From positions 4,223,278-4,287,277 of the forward strand of contig NC_068993.1 of NCBI RefSeq assembly GCF_001194135.2: a stretch of DNA of 64,000 nucleotides, written 5' to 3'. Positions 12,821 through 25,294 of this stretch are shown here, piece by piece. How positions within the stretch are numbered: position 1 is the first letter of the stretch; each line of letters begins with the position of its first letter. The notes beneath the pieces are model-generated. The model did no database searches. It was not told the DNA's origin and worked only from the letters and a program-made list of their open reading frames with translations. Position numbers and translations under genes: made by a program. This stretch comes from Octopus bimaculoides. Taxonomy: Eukaryota.

Positions 12821-13008
12821 TTCTTTTATTCTTTTACTTATTTAAGTTATTTGACTGTGGCCATGCTGGAGCACCGTCTTTAGTTGAAGAAATCGACCCT
12901 GCGACTTATTCTTTGTAAGCCTAGCACTTATTCTATCGGTCTCTTTTTGCTGAACCGCTATGTTAGGGGGACGTAAACACACCAACATCGGTTGTCAAAT
13001 GATTGTGG
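12821..13008 (-). mobile_element. SINE family B, 3' part
   Basis: tgactgtggccatgctggagcaccgtctttag...ctgaaccgctatgttagggggacgtaaacacaccaacatcggttgtcaa. Confidence 0.88.
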
Positions 13009-13009
13009 G

Positions 13010-13142
13010 ATATCCATTACAAACTCGACGACAGCCAGCCGTCGGATGTGGTCAGTATTCATAAGGGACGTGATGAACTTGTTGGTCAGAGCTGGCTTGA
13101 CCCACCCTGGGTGAATACTGACGTCAGCACAAGAACAAGTAA
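13010..13142 (+). mobile_element. 5'-truncated RTE-clade LINE 3' end
   Basis: Translates TASRRMWSVFIRDVMNLLVRAGLTHPG*, like the RTE ORF C-terminus (W...IRDVVN...AGSTRPG*), followed by a caagaacaagtaa repeat-type tail. Family consensus recalled, not searched. Confidence 0.6.
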
Positions 13143-13828
13143 CATATTTATTTAGCAATCTAACGAATTCATTCTCAAATCGAATTTAACCTCACTCTCA
13201 TGCGTCTCCTCCACATGTGTGTGTGTAATATCCTGTTATTGGCAGCTACAGGTCTGTCTTTTAGTAGTCTTCCATCTTTTTGTGTCCCCATCTCTCTTCC
13301 TGCAATTTTCCTTCTGCTTCTTCGTTATCTGGCAGAGATTCATTTACCCTAACATTTTGTCCCTTTTGTGTTCTTCTGTCTCCACTTTTTTCTCTTATGT
13401 CTCACCGTCTTCTTCTCTGTCTCTGTACCCCTCTGTCTCCCTCAGTCTCTGTCTGTTACTCTCTTCCTACTCTCTTACTCTCTCTCTCTCTCTCTTTCAT
13501 TTTGGATGAATGCATATATGTATCTACCTATCTATTTATCTAGCTTATTCCTCTTTCTCTTCCACCCTCACTCTCTGATGTCTCTCACACGCCTCTCTCC
13601 TCTTCTTTCTCTCTCTCATCTGTGTATGTGTGCATATATGAGATGACCTACCTCACTCTCTTTTCCACATCTATCCTTTCTTTCTCCCTCTCTTTTCCCT
13701 CACTGCCATTCTCCCTACCTCTCTCTCCTTGATCTCTCTTCCCCGCCATTTCACTTTCTGCATGGTGCGTCTCTCCAATAATCTCAAGCAACAAATCCTT
13801 ACTCATATCTCTTTCCTGTATTCTATTT

Positions 13829-13866
<38 letters not shown>

Positions 13867-14887
13867 TTTTACTCTCTCCCTCCCATCTCTCCCTCTCTAT
13901 CATTTCATCTCTCTCACATCCCATGACCCTTCACCAACAAAGACACGCAGACAAACTTTTGCATTATTGTCAACTATATTACAACAACAACAACATCAGC
14001 AACAACAACATCAGCAACAACAACAACAACACGATGTCCACAATGTCTTCTTGCTATCTCTGAAAAACAAAAACATTTACCAAAACAAACAAAAAAAACA
14101 ACAAGACATGTTAAAATAAACTCTTTATAACATACACATTGTGTGTGTACGAGGATGTATTTATGTATGTATATGTGTACGTGTGTATGTATATGTGTAT
14201 GTGTGTATGTATATGTGTAATGTGTATGCATATGTATGAGAGTGTGTGTATGAATGTATGTATGTATATGTATATGTGTATGTATGAGTGAGTATGTGTG
14301 TATGAATGTATGTGTGGAGGTGCATGTGTGTGTGTATGAAAATGTATATATATATATATATTTGTGTATGTGTATGTATGGGTGTACACGCATATGTGCA
14401 TATATGTATATGTGTGAGTGTGTGTATGCGTGTGTATGGGCATGTGCCTATATGCGTATAAGTGCATGTGTGTGCATTGTAAGTATGAATATGTATATAC
14501 ATGTGTGAGTGTGTGTGTGTGTGTTCTTCAAATAAACTACCAACAAAAACAATTCATTAAACATTTTAATGGATCCATTTCCAAAGAGCAAACCAACGAC
14601 TGTCCTCTTCTAATCTCGTCTCTTATCGGATAAATATTCACACCAATTCCTTCCTTGGATTTCCATTTATGTTTCACATTTATATCAAGAATTTTACTTT
14701 GGCACTTCCATTTTTTTTCTTTCTTTTTCATTTGGTTTTTTTTTTTTCGCTTCAAATCTTTGCTTTTAGTATTTTTCCTATTTTCTCTTCGTCATCGTCA
14801 CCGACATCATTGTTTTGTTGTTGCTGTTGTTGTGATTGGTTGACATTGCTGTTTGTTGTTGCTATTGTTGTTATTGGTGATGTCGTT

Positions 14888-14928
<41 letters not shown>

Positions 14929-15163
14929 ATTGACATGTATTGTCTTTTCCGTCATTGTTCTTGTTCTGTGGTTTTTTAAGTAAATTTTTCTCTCATATTT
15001 TTATGTTCTGTTTTGTTTCTATTGTTTTTTTTTTGTTTTTGTTTTATATTTTGATATTTGATATAAGCTGGTATGTTTTGAGTTGGACTGGCAGCACTGC
15101 TGTCTCATGTTCAACAAATTTCTTACCCCTCTCTCCCTCTGCTTTCCTATATAAACACACACA

Positions 15164-15236
<73 letters not shown>

Positions 15237-15320
15237 TATGTATACAGCCAATATACATGTGTATGTGTATACACATATATATCTTAAATATATATATATA
15301 TACGTACAGATATATATGTG

Positions 15321-15397
<77 letters not shown>

Positions 15398-16294
15398 TTG
15401 TGTGTGTCTGTGTCTGTGTATATATATATATATATTGATGTAGTTATATATATATATATATGTATATGTATATGCATATATATATATACATATGTATATG
15501 CACACATTTAGTAGATATATATATGATGCATGTATGTATGTATGTGTATGTATGTGTGCGTGTATGTATGTATGTGTACATATGTATGTGCGCATGTATG
15601 TGTATTTATACATGTATGTATGCATGTGTATGTATGTATGTATTTATGTATGCATGTGTATGTATGTGTACGTATGTATGCATGTGCATGTATGTATGTA
15701 TGTGTATGCATGTATGTATGTGTATGTATGTATGTGTGTATGTATGTATTTATGTGTGCGTGTATGTATGTATATATATGTATGCGTATATGTGTTTGTG
15801 TACTTATGTATGTGTGTGCATGTATGTATGTGCATGTATGCATGTGCATATATGTATGTGTACGTATGCGTATGTATGTATATATGTATGTGTGCGTGTA
15901 TCCAGCTTGTTTTGAGCTGTGTTTCTTGTGGTTGTTAGTATTCGTATCGTATTAATGATTGCTATGTTTGTGACCAAAAGATCGTTATGTAGATGGAGAA
16001 GAACATGAAGAAGATAACAGAGGAGGTGAGAAAAAAGATGATAATGTAGGAATAAGAAGACTAAGCTGAAGAAATACGAAGTGAGATGAGAAGAAAAAGA
16101 AATTATGAAGAACAACGATGGAAAGAGGTGAAATGGCTACGAAAACTGTGAAGAAAAAGCAAGGAAGAATATTATGAAATAAATATTCATGAGAACGAAC
16201 AAATTTAGTCTATCACTGTCCATTTTGTCTTTTGTAGGTTTAACAGAATCAGCAGTCCTTGATGATCTCGATGTATCGTTGCTGTTGTCGTTGT

Positions 16295-16412
16295 CATCAT
16301 CATCATCATCATCATCATCACTAAAACATCATCATCGTCATCATCATCGTCACCATCATCATCATCATCATCATCATCACTAAAACACCATCATCGTCAT
16401 CATCATCGTCAC

Positions 16413-16450
<38 letters not shown>

Positions 16451-16570
16451 CTAAAGCACCATCATTATCGTCGTCATCATCATCTTCATCATCATCATCA
16501 TCATCATCATCACTAAAGCACCATCATTATCATCGTCATCATCATCTTCATCATCATCATCATTATTGTC
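16295..16570. repeat. Higher-order minisatellite built on (CAT)n
   Basis: Four roughly 60-70 bp units, each anchored by cactaaa(a/g)ca(t/c)catcat at about 16319, 16378, 16449 and 16510. Confidence 0.85.
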
Positions 16571-17533
16571 ATCATTATCATCATCATCATCATCATCGTC
16601 ATCATCATTGCCATCATCATCATCATTGTCGTTGTCGTCGTCGTTGCCCTCATCATCATCATCTTCGTCACCAAATGACCATCATCATCACCACAACTAC
16701 CACCACAACTGCCATCACAACCACCACTGTCATCATCACCACTACCACAACTGCCACTCCACCATCATTATCACCATCCTCATCATTATCACCATCATCG
16801 CGACCACCATCGTCATTGTCATCATTGTCGCTATCATGACTGTTACCACAACCACCACCACCACATTATCCTCAACAGTGTCAGCATCATCATCATCATC
16901 ATCAGCTGCAACTTTGGTTTTTGGTTATTGTGAAGGATATTACTGACGTTGTTGGCTTCTTTCTCTTCTTATATTTCTTGTTGTTGTCCACACTCTTCAA
17001 ACTATTGTTGTTGTTGCCATCGTCGTCGTTGTCCATGTTGATGTCAGTGTGGTCCCCGTTGATGACAGGCACAGTTTGGAATGCTTTTAAGTGGGTTTCC
17101 TTCATCCAAGAATACTTGCTTCAACTATTTCCCCCCATAATCTCTGACTAGTCTGACTTCATCTTAAGAGGGTGACTTTGCAGATGCCCTCTCGCTCGCT
17201 GTTGAACTGGATAACAATGTCATATACACAGTCACATGTAAACATATACATATATGTACATTATATACAGTTCTCAACTGACATGTATATACATACATAC
17301 ATATATATATATACACACACACACACACAACTAAATATCAACACAAAAGTATTAAATATAAAATATAAAATATAAAATATTTTATATATAAATATAGAAA
17401 TATAGAAATATAAAATATAAAATATTTTATATATAAATATATAAATATAAAGTATAAAATATAAAATATACAGGGGCTGAGCATAAGTATCACATCAATG
17501 TTATAATACTTAATTCATTATAAATTTTAATCT

Positions 17534-17609
17534 AAGGTCACGAGCTGGCAGAATCGTTAGCATGCCGGGTGAAATGTTTGGCAGTATTTTGTGTCATTAC
17601 GTTCTGAGT
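17534..17609 (+). mobile_element. Family A SINE head fragment
   Basis: aaggtcacgagctggcagaatcgttagcatgccgggtgaaatg...ttacgttctgagt. Confidence 0.85.
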
Positions 17610-18499
17610 AATGTTGTGTGTTTGTGGGTATTTACACTTTCATAGTTTGCATGAAGGTTTTTTTTTTTTTTTGTTTTTTTTTTTTGGTGGGGAAGATTCT
17701 TAAATTCAAGGGCTTGTCTGATATTAAACATGTTTTGAGATATTTCATAAAATACAGCAAGAAAAATTCTTCCAGTATTGATCTAATTACAAAAAAAAAA
17801 AGTGTGAATTAATGAGAGGGCAACAAGAACCTCCACAACAGATTGTGGGAAGCCTTCGGAAAGAGAGTCTGTTGACACAGTTGGTTGTGACTTGCGAGAC
17901 TAACATAAATGATTGAGTCAATAGTTTTAGAATAAATATTTATTTAAATCGCTCATTATCGTGATTAGTAAAGTCAATTACTTGAATTATCCAGAAGTGA
18001 AAAAGCAACTGGACTGATAAAGGAATCATAAAATGTCTTCAAGAGAAACAACGGCATTAGTACATAAGTGGGTTTTAAATGAAGAGTAAACAGGAAGGGT
18101 GAGAAAACATGTTGAGTGTTTTGTCAGGGGAGGATATCTATGGAAGATAACGATGGAAGAATTTATGAGAAGGATGGCAGCATTGGCAGTGAAGAAAGAC
18201 CTAAGAATTGCAGAGATTCATAGATAAGATGTCACAGTTAAGGTGATATACTGCAGACATAGCCAACGCATGTCAGAATACAATGTTGATAATGATGTTG
18301 ATGTTGATATTGATGATGGTGTTGGTGGTGATTATAATTGCAATGATGGAGGATAACAATCATTAAGATGATGAAGAAAGTTATTATTATTGGCACCTGG
18401 GCCCAGCGTCGCCACAGTGGAAATCGATAACCAAACCTAGGGGAAGTGTTTGTTTGCTGATATCATCTGTAAACGGGTTAATTTCTAAGAAATTAAACC

Positions 18500-19048
18500 C
18501 ATTAGATTTCAGCTGGACTATTTATTATTGCTGCCGGGAGCCATCATGCCAATCAACGTAAAGTCATAAGTCGGATAGGTCATAAGTCGGATAGGTCATA
18601 AGTCGGATAGGTCATAAGTCGGATAGGTTATAAGTCGGATAGGTCATAAGTCGGATAGGTCATAAGTCGGATAGGTCATAAGTCGGATAGGTCATAAGTC
18701 GGATAGGTTATAAGTTGGATAGGTCATAAGTCGACGACGACCTGTATAGTTTCCTGGTATAATATTTTCAGAGGATAAATAGCTTTGATCACTCAGCAAT
18801 ATTCTGCTTAGCATTTTGTTCAACAATGATGTGGAAATGAAGACCTGGTTCCCTGAATTCTTTGAAGCAAGACCTGGGGATGTCTATCAGGAAGGCATTG
18901 ATAAGAGAGTGGAACTTTACTAAGAAGTCGTGAACAATGGAGGAGAATATGTATTAGTGAATGATTTGTTAAAAGTGTTGGCAGGGGGGGAAAAAAAGGA
19001 TTAAAAGAAATGGAAACAAATCAAAAAAATTATTTGACAGCCGAATAT
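18500..19048 (+). pseudogene. Mariner (Mos1/SETMAR-like) transposase relic with probable right TIR
   Basis: 18819-18957 translates FNNDVEMKTWFPEFFEARPGDVYQEGIDKRVELY*EVVNNGGEYVL, the mariner C-terminus. Upstream are RRRP..GIIF..D and F(R)SLSN motifs with an internal deletion between them. TIR-like aattatttgacagccgaata+TA ends at 19048. Confidence 0.8.
18563..18733. repeat. 16-bp minisatellite (gtcataagtcggatag) x about 10.7
   Basis: Head-to-tail units with no spacers. Units 5 and 10 carry the same gtta variant. Confidence 0.97.
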
Positions 19049-19284
19049 ATAATGTTTACACATGAATGTATACATGTAAGTGTGTGTGTGTGTATGTACA
19101 GATATATATGTATACATACATGTATGTGTGTGTGTATATATATATATATACNNNNNNNNNNNNNNNNNNNNNNNNNNNNNNNNNNNNNNNNNNNNNNNNN
19201 NNNNNNNNNNNNNNNNNNNNNNNNNNNNNNNNNNNNNNNNNNNGTATGTATATATAGGTGTATATATATGGGAGAATGTACGAA

Positions 19285-19380
19285 AAAAACAACAACAGAC
19301 GAGGACAGGTGGTGTAAACAACAAAAGGATGTATTAGTATGACGCTCGGGAATACGAAAAGTCTTTAACGTTTCGAGTTT
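19285..19380 (-). repeat. Dispersed repeat (same family as 3054-3120) ending at a GAAACGTT motif
   Basis: Minus strand reads ctcgaaacgttaaagacttttcgtattcccgagcgtcatactaatacatcc. Confidence 0.65.
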
Positions 19381-19405
19381 ATATGTATGTATGTATGTAT
19401 GTATG

Positions 19406-19436
<31 letters not shown>

Positions 19437-20028
19437 TTATAATATATGTGTGTGCATATATATACGTGTGTGTATGTATGTACATGTCTATATCTATATG
19501 TATGTAAGTATGTATGTATGTATTTATGTATGTAAACATATGTATATATATGTACATACATTCACACACATGTACACAAACAAACACACACAAACACATG
19601 CACATGTGCTCAATAAATACATACCTATCTATATATATATATATACATGAATATATCCTAGTTCTTCATTACCTCAAATCTCCCTCGCAATGCAAAACAA
19701 AATGATGAAAATTAAAGGAACCATTAACTGTCTCTCATCTGTGACACAAGCCCTTCCTTACATTATCTTCTTCATCTTTACTTCCTCCTCTACCTCCTCC
19801 CCTCGCCTTTCCTCCTTCTCTTTGCTCATTAAATTCTCTTCACTTGTGCCCATCCCTCCTCTGTTAATATCACCCACACAGACCAGGTCTTTGTTTTATC
19901 ATCACTTTGTTTTTTACTGGTCGTTTGTATTCTAATTGCACTTTCTGTAACTGCACCACCCCATTACACCCACACACCCAAAGACACTGAGTATATCTCT
20001 CACTCTTTCTCTCTCTTGATATACATAC

Positions 20029-20092
<64 letters not shown>

Positions 20093-20155
20093 GCATACAT
20101 AAATACACAGACACATACAAGCATATATACATGTGTGTGTGTATATATATATATG

Positions 20156-20190
<35 letters not shown>

Positions 20191-20338
20191 ACCTTTCTAC
20201 ATCTCTCAAATGCAGAAATGATATAATATCTATATATACATATATATATACAATATTAACAATAAGGATTACAAATATATATATATATATTTATAATTCA
20301 TGTCTATACGTATATACTTATATCCCTACATATTTAAA

Positions 20339-20370
<32 letters not shown>

Positions 20371-20730
20371 TGTGTGTGTGTGTGCGTGTGAGAGAGAGAG
20401 AGAGAGAGTGTGTGTGTGTGTGTGTGTATCTCTGCCTTGCTAAGAATGCATTCCTTGCCACCATCTCAGAAAAAGACCCTGTCTTTCTTATCTGTTACAT
20501 CTTCATTTCACTACAGACAGTGTCTGTGTGTCATGGAGCCAGCTGCTAGCATATTTCTGACAATTTACAGCTTTTTGATGTGGAAAATACCATTAATTTA
20601 GAAGAAGGAAATGGAGAGAAAAAATACAAATATATAAATATATAAACATACAAATATATAAATATATAAATATAAAGGCCTGTATGGAGAGGGAGGTGGG
20701 AAGAGGGTTTGTGGCTTGGAAGATATATGC

Positions 20731-20930
20731 ATAATAATAATACTTTCAAATTCTAGCGGGGAGGCTATCAATTTCTTGGGAGGGGGCTGTTCATTACCTC
20801 AGCACCAGTTCTCAACTGGTACTTATTCTATTGACCCCAAAAGGATGAAGACAAAGTCAACCATGGTGGAATATGAACTCAGAATATGAAGACTGCCAAA
20901 ACGGTCCAGTGTGCAAACAATTCTGCTAGT
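20731..20930 (-). mobile_element. Family A SINE, old and CpG-decayed
   Basis: actggtacttattctattgaccccaaaaggatgaagacaaagtcaacc...gaactcagaa. Confidence 0.8.
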
Positions 20931-21216
20931 CCAACACCGAAAACATATAACTCATCCATACTTTGTATTTTATTATAGTTCTTTTTAGTGTATTTACTTA
21001 TTAAATTTTGTCTATATGTGACTGTGGATTCTCATGGATGAGTTCAGGAATTGTGGTTCTTTTCTCTAAATTATATATTTATATATCATATACCGTGAAA
21101 CTTAATTTAATTTTAATTTTTGATAAATTAAATTAAATTGAGTTTTTTCCTGTAAATATGGATTTTTATCCCTTATAGTATTATCATAATTATATATATA
21201 TATAGAGAGAGAGAGA

Positions 21217-21256
<40 letters not shown>

Positions 21257-21408
21257 GGTAGTTATGGCCAGTTGATACAGTTACCCAGGGTTTTATACCC
21301 ATAAAGTGCTTAGCTTTACATAGGTCTCATCAGATCCAAATGGCCAGTGACCTATGACCTCTCTTCAAAATGGAAGGACAAAAGGCTTCGTGGCTACTTT
21401 TTGATATG

Positions 21409-21439
<31 letters not shown>

Positions 21440-22356
21440 GTCTAGAGAGGGTTATGCCAATGAAAATTAAATGTGCATATACATACATGTGTGTGTGTGT
21501 ATATATATATCTATATATACACATATAGATGTATATATGTGTGTGTGTGTAAATGTATATGTATATATCTATGGATGTATAGGTGTGTGCATGTGTGTAC
21601 ACACGCATGTGTATTAGTATGGTAGCAGACTAGTATTAATCTTTGGTGATGGGCAAGAAGGAAGAAGATGGTTGGGAGCAGAGGAAGGGTGGGAGGAGAC
21701 GGAGGAGGGGGAGTAGGGTGGTAAAGTAATTGGGATTTACTTCTCAATTTGTTATCCAATTAACAATATATATAATTCAATTTAAAGTTTTGTTTACCTT
21801 TCTTTTTTTCCACGTGTTTATTTTTATTTCAGGCTGTTATAATTGGCGTAGGAACATGACAACTGGGAGAATAGAGAAAGCGACAGATAGAACAGGCATG
21901 GAAACAAATAAAGAAGTAAAGACAAAAGACAGAGACAATGGAAGAAAGAAAGAAAAGGGGAAACAAGAAGGAATGCAAAGCTAAAAGCATGAAAAAAAGA
22001 CGCTCAGTTTTGTGCTAATTCTTGTATATTTTCATCATCTTAAAAGAGATTAAAGTAGAATTCTATGAGGAATGCTTACAGAAGAGGTTCTTTCAGAAAA
22101 TTAGTCGGCTAAAAACAGCTTAGGTATATATTATCTTCTGTTTATTTTTTTCTTTTCTTTTATGTTTTCACAGAGTTTAAAGTAAGACATCTTTTCATGA
22201 TAGTGAAAGGATTTAGATAAAGAACCAGGTTGTGTATGTGTGTGCGTGTGTATGTGTGTGTGTGTGTGTGTGTATATATACATACATACATATATATATA
22301 AGTAGATATGTACACACACACAAATACACACATACACACGGAGAAAAGAGAGAGAT

Positions 22357-22590
22357 CTGTTTAGTTGCAAAGAAAGTCCTTTTGCATTTCACGATGGAAA
22401 AAAACAAATTCTTCTCTGATCTTAATTGATATAATTTAAGGAAGATAATATTTCTCCTCATTATGGACAACATACTCCTATCTCTTTGGCACATTGTTGA
22501 TTCCTTGAGCAAAAAAGTTCTTCAGATTTCGAAGCATATAAACTCTTAATATCAGTTTTAACCTTCACAATCAGTAAAAGACTTTTCCAT
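22357..22590 (-). pseudogene. Mariner transposase C-terminal relic
   Basis: Minus-strand translation LDGK.FTD..VKTDIKSLYASKSEELFAQGINNVPKR*EYVVHNEEKYYLP* matches the mariner motif F.SK..FY..GI..L..RW..VV.N.G.Y. Confidence 0.7.
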
Positions 22591-22724
22591 CCAAATAAGT
22601 GGTTCCCAACCATTTTTTTTTTTTTAATCTATGGACCGTTTTGATTCTTATTTTACTCCAGTAGACCCCCATAGCCAATCAATGTTTTGGAAATCCTATT
22701 GCTCTTATTTAATTAAATATATTA

Positions 22725-22939
22725 TTAGGAATAATCATTATTTACATTATTTACATTTGATGGATATTTGTCCTCATCTTGTTTGTTGTTAACACAATGT
22801 TTCGGCTGATATACCTTCCAGCTTTCATCAGGTGTCTTGGGGAAATTTCAAACCTGGGTTCTCATTCCTAAGGTAGTGGCTAAGCGTGCAGGCTACTAAT
22901 CTCAAGATTCCGAGTTCGATTCCAGGCAGTGACCTGAAC

Positions 22940-22970
<31 letters not shown>
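22725..22970 (-). mobile_element. Family D SINE with an inverted 5' (tRNA-like) segment
   Basis: 22725-22875 is the minus-strand 3' half including the hammerhead core. 22873-22970 is the plus-strand head gtagtggctaagcgtgcaggctactaatctcaagattccGAGTTCGATTCCaggcag plus (AAT)n. GTA microhomology at 22873-22875. Confidence 0.85.
22791..22836 (-). ncRNA. Minimal type-I hammerhead ribozyme motif (degenerate)
   Basis: GACAC-CUGAUGA-A-AGCUG-gaagguauau-CAGCC-GAAA-CA-UU-GUGUU. The first stem II pair is broken and there is a CG-to-CA change in stem III. Confidence 0.6.
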
Positions 22971-22971
<1 letters not shown>

Positions 22972-22972
<1 letters not shown>

Positions 22973-23149
22973 TCTGGGGAGTGGGTAGTCAACTAGATCA
23001 ATCCCAATGTTTAATGGTACTTATTTTATTGACCCCGAAAGGATGAAGGGCAAAGTCAACCTTAGCAGAATTTGAACTCAGAACATAGAGACAGATGAAA
23101 TGCCATCATTTCTTTTGCTTGGCTAAAACTTCTTCCACTTTGCTGCCTT
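22972..23149 (-). mobile_element. Family A SINE
   Basis: ggtacttattttattgaccccgaaaggatgaagggcaaagtcaaccttagcagaatttgaactcagaac. Confidence 0.85.
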
Positions 23150-23164
23150 CCAATTTACCCACAT

Positions 23165-23349
23165 TATTAATTTCAAATTCTGGTACAAGGCTAGCACAAG
23201 TTTGAGGGAGGAGGGAAGTCAATTACATTGACTCCCCCACCCCCACACCGAAAGGATGGAAGACAAATATGACCTCAGTGGAATTTGAACCCAGAACATA
23301 AACAGGGAGGAAATGCCCAGTGGGTTAACAGTTCTGCCAACTCACTGCC
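23165..23349 (-). mobile_element. Family A SINE (internally deleted)
   Basis: ccgaaaggatggaagacaaatatgacctcagtggaatttgaacccagaac...ttctgccaactcactgcc. Confidence 0.78.
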
Positions 23350-24114
23350 ACCCATTTACCCATATTATTGCCGCCCTTTTACGCTACCAGTGATAAGGGT
23401 ACAAGCCTGCAACCTCCCAAATGGGAGGAATGAAATGTCTTGTCTTGATCCTTTCATTGAATGATAACAGTAAGTTCAAATATGGTAGGTGTGTGTGTAT
23501 GTGAGGGAAAGGAAGAGATTGATGAAGATAGAGAGAGAGAAAGAGAAGGACAAAGATGAAAAGAATGAACAACATAAAGAGAGAGAGAGAGAGAGAGAGT
23601 GGTGATGTTAAGAGCGGGGATGGTGGGGGACAATTAAATAAGAGGAGAATGAAAGACAATAAATCTTAAATTCTGTTAATGTTGTACATTGTGATAACTG
23701 TGAGGAAGTCGGGTGGGGGGGCAATGATGAAGATGAGAGATGTGGTGTGGATGCCAGCAGTTGGAGACATGTTGTATGGGCGACGGTGGTGATAGTGGTA
23801 GTGTTGGCGGCGGCGGCGGTGGTTGTGGTGGTGGTGGTGGTGGTTGTCATCGTGGTCATCCTGGTGATGTTGGCGGAGACGGTGTGTACATTGATGATTA
23901 TGATTGTTGGTAGGTATGGAAGATGTACTGATACCGTTGCTGCTGCTACTGATGATGATGCTGTTGACGATGGTGATGACGATGATGATGATGAAGACGA
24001 CAACGACGACGACGACGATGGTGGTGCTGGTAGGGGTTGCTTGATGAAGGTGATATTTTGAAGGTAGTGATCATGACGACGATGGTGGTGGTGGCTGTTT
24101 GGTGATGTCAATGG

Positions 24115-24150
<36 letters not shown>

Positions 24151-24930
24151 CGATGATGACGATGATGACGATGATGACGATGATGACGATGATGCCACTG
24201 CTGCTGCCACCAACAACAGTGTCAACCAGGAGGACTCAAGGATATCTTTCACAATTACCATGATAAATGACAGTCATAAATAGGATGTCATCTTAACAGA
24301 CTGAGGAACACCATCACCTTACCCCTACAGATAACATTAATTACAACCACCACCACCAACGTCACCACCATCTTCTGAGAACTGTGGTCAGCATTAATTA
24401 TCAGTCTATATAAATGGTTTTCTGAGCAAGTTTCTTGTCAAAGGAATCCATGAGATTCTTACTGTTGAAGAAAGATTGGGAAGTGCTGTGGAGAGGGAAA
24501 GCCGCCCTCTAAATAGAGTCGTTTGACATTTACATTACCGCCATAAACCAAAGACAAATGCCGCCAGTAAGAATTTGTGTGGATTTCAGCTGCTTACTTC
24601 ATTAGCAGATAGACAATCTCAAATGATAAATAGATCCAGTTGATATATATTGAAGGGGTTTCTGTTGGGAAGGTTTGGACCTGCGAAATTTATAATCTAT
24701 AGAGGTGTTGATTGTGAATTCAAGCTTGGCTTGACTTCAGGCTCAGTCAGTGTATACACACATGTATGTACATATGTGTGTGTATACATGTGTGTGCTTG
24801 TGTTTACGTATGTGTCCATGTATTTGTGTGCATGTACAGCTATGCTCGTACTTATACATGTATTACTTGAATAAATGTCCAGAGAGTGCTTATGTTTGTA
24901 TACGTATGTATACACACTTGTATGTATGTT

Positions 24931-24961
<31 letters not shown>

Positions 24962-25139
24962 ATGCACACGCATGTTTATCTATGGACAGTACACAAAATC
25001 TACTCATTTATACATACACGCATACACATATGCACACGTGGACACATGAATCTATGTATCTGTATATGTATGTATGTGTGTATGTATGTATGTACATACG
25101 TATATATGTATGCATCTATGTACTGTGTATGTATGTCAT

Positions 25140-25240
25140 TAGTTTTATTTCAAGATTTCTTGCTAATAGAGAAAGAGCTGGTTTCTAACCTAGATCCAAG
25201 GCTCCTTCATTGGAATTTCAATGTCAAAAGGGTATTTTTG
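25140..25240 (+). repeat. Dispersed repeat (inverted copy at 51500-51605)
   Basis: caagatttcttgctaat..ggtttctaacctagatccaaggctccttcattggaatttcaa matches the reverse complement of 51520-51600. Confidence 0.85.

Positions 25241-25294
<54 letters not shown>

Noticed and set aside
18563-18733. Possible CRISPR array
   Set aside because: The units are contiguous with no unique spacers, the context is eukaryotic, and there are no cas genes.
21995-22130. Exon-like AG...GT block reading EIKVEFYEECLQKRFFQKISRLKTA*
   Set aside because: The only open frame stops at the donor site, and no family is recognised.
22874-22938. tRNA gene calls for SINE heads (A-F)
   Set aside because: They have A/B boxes but no complete cloverleaf or acceptor stem, and they continue into repeat bodies.
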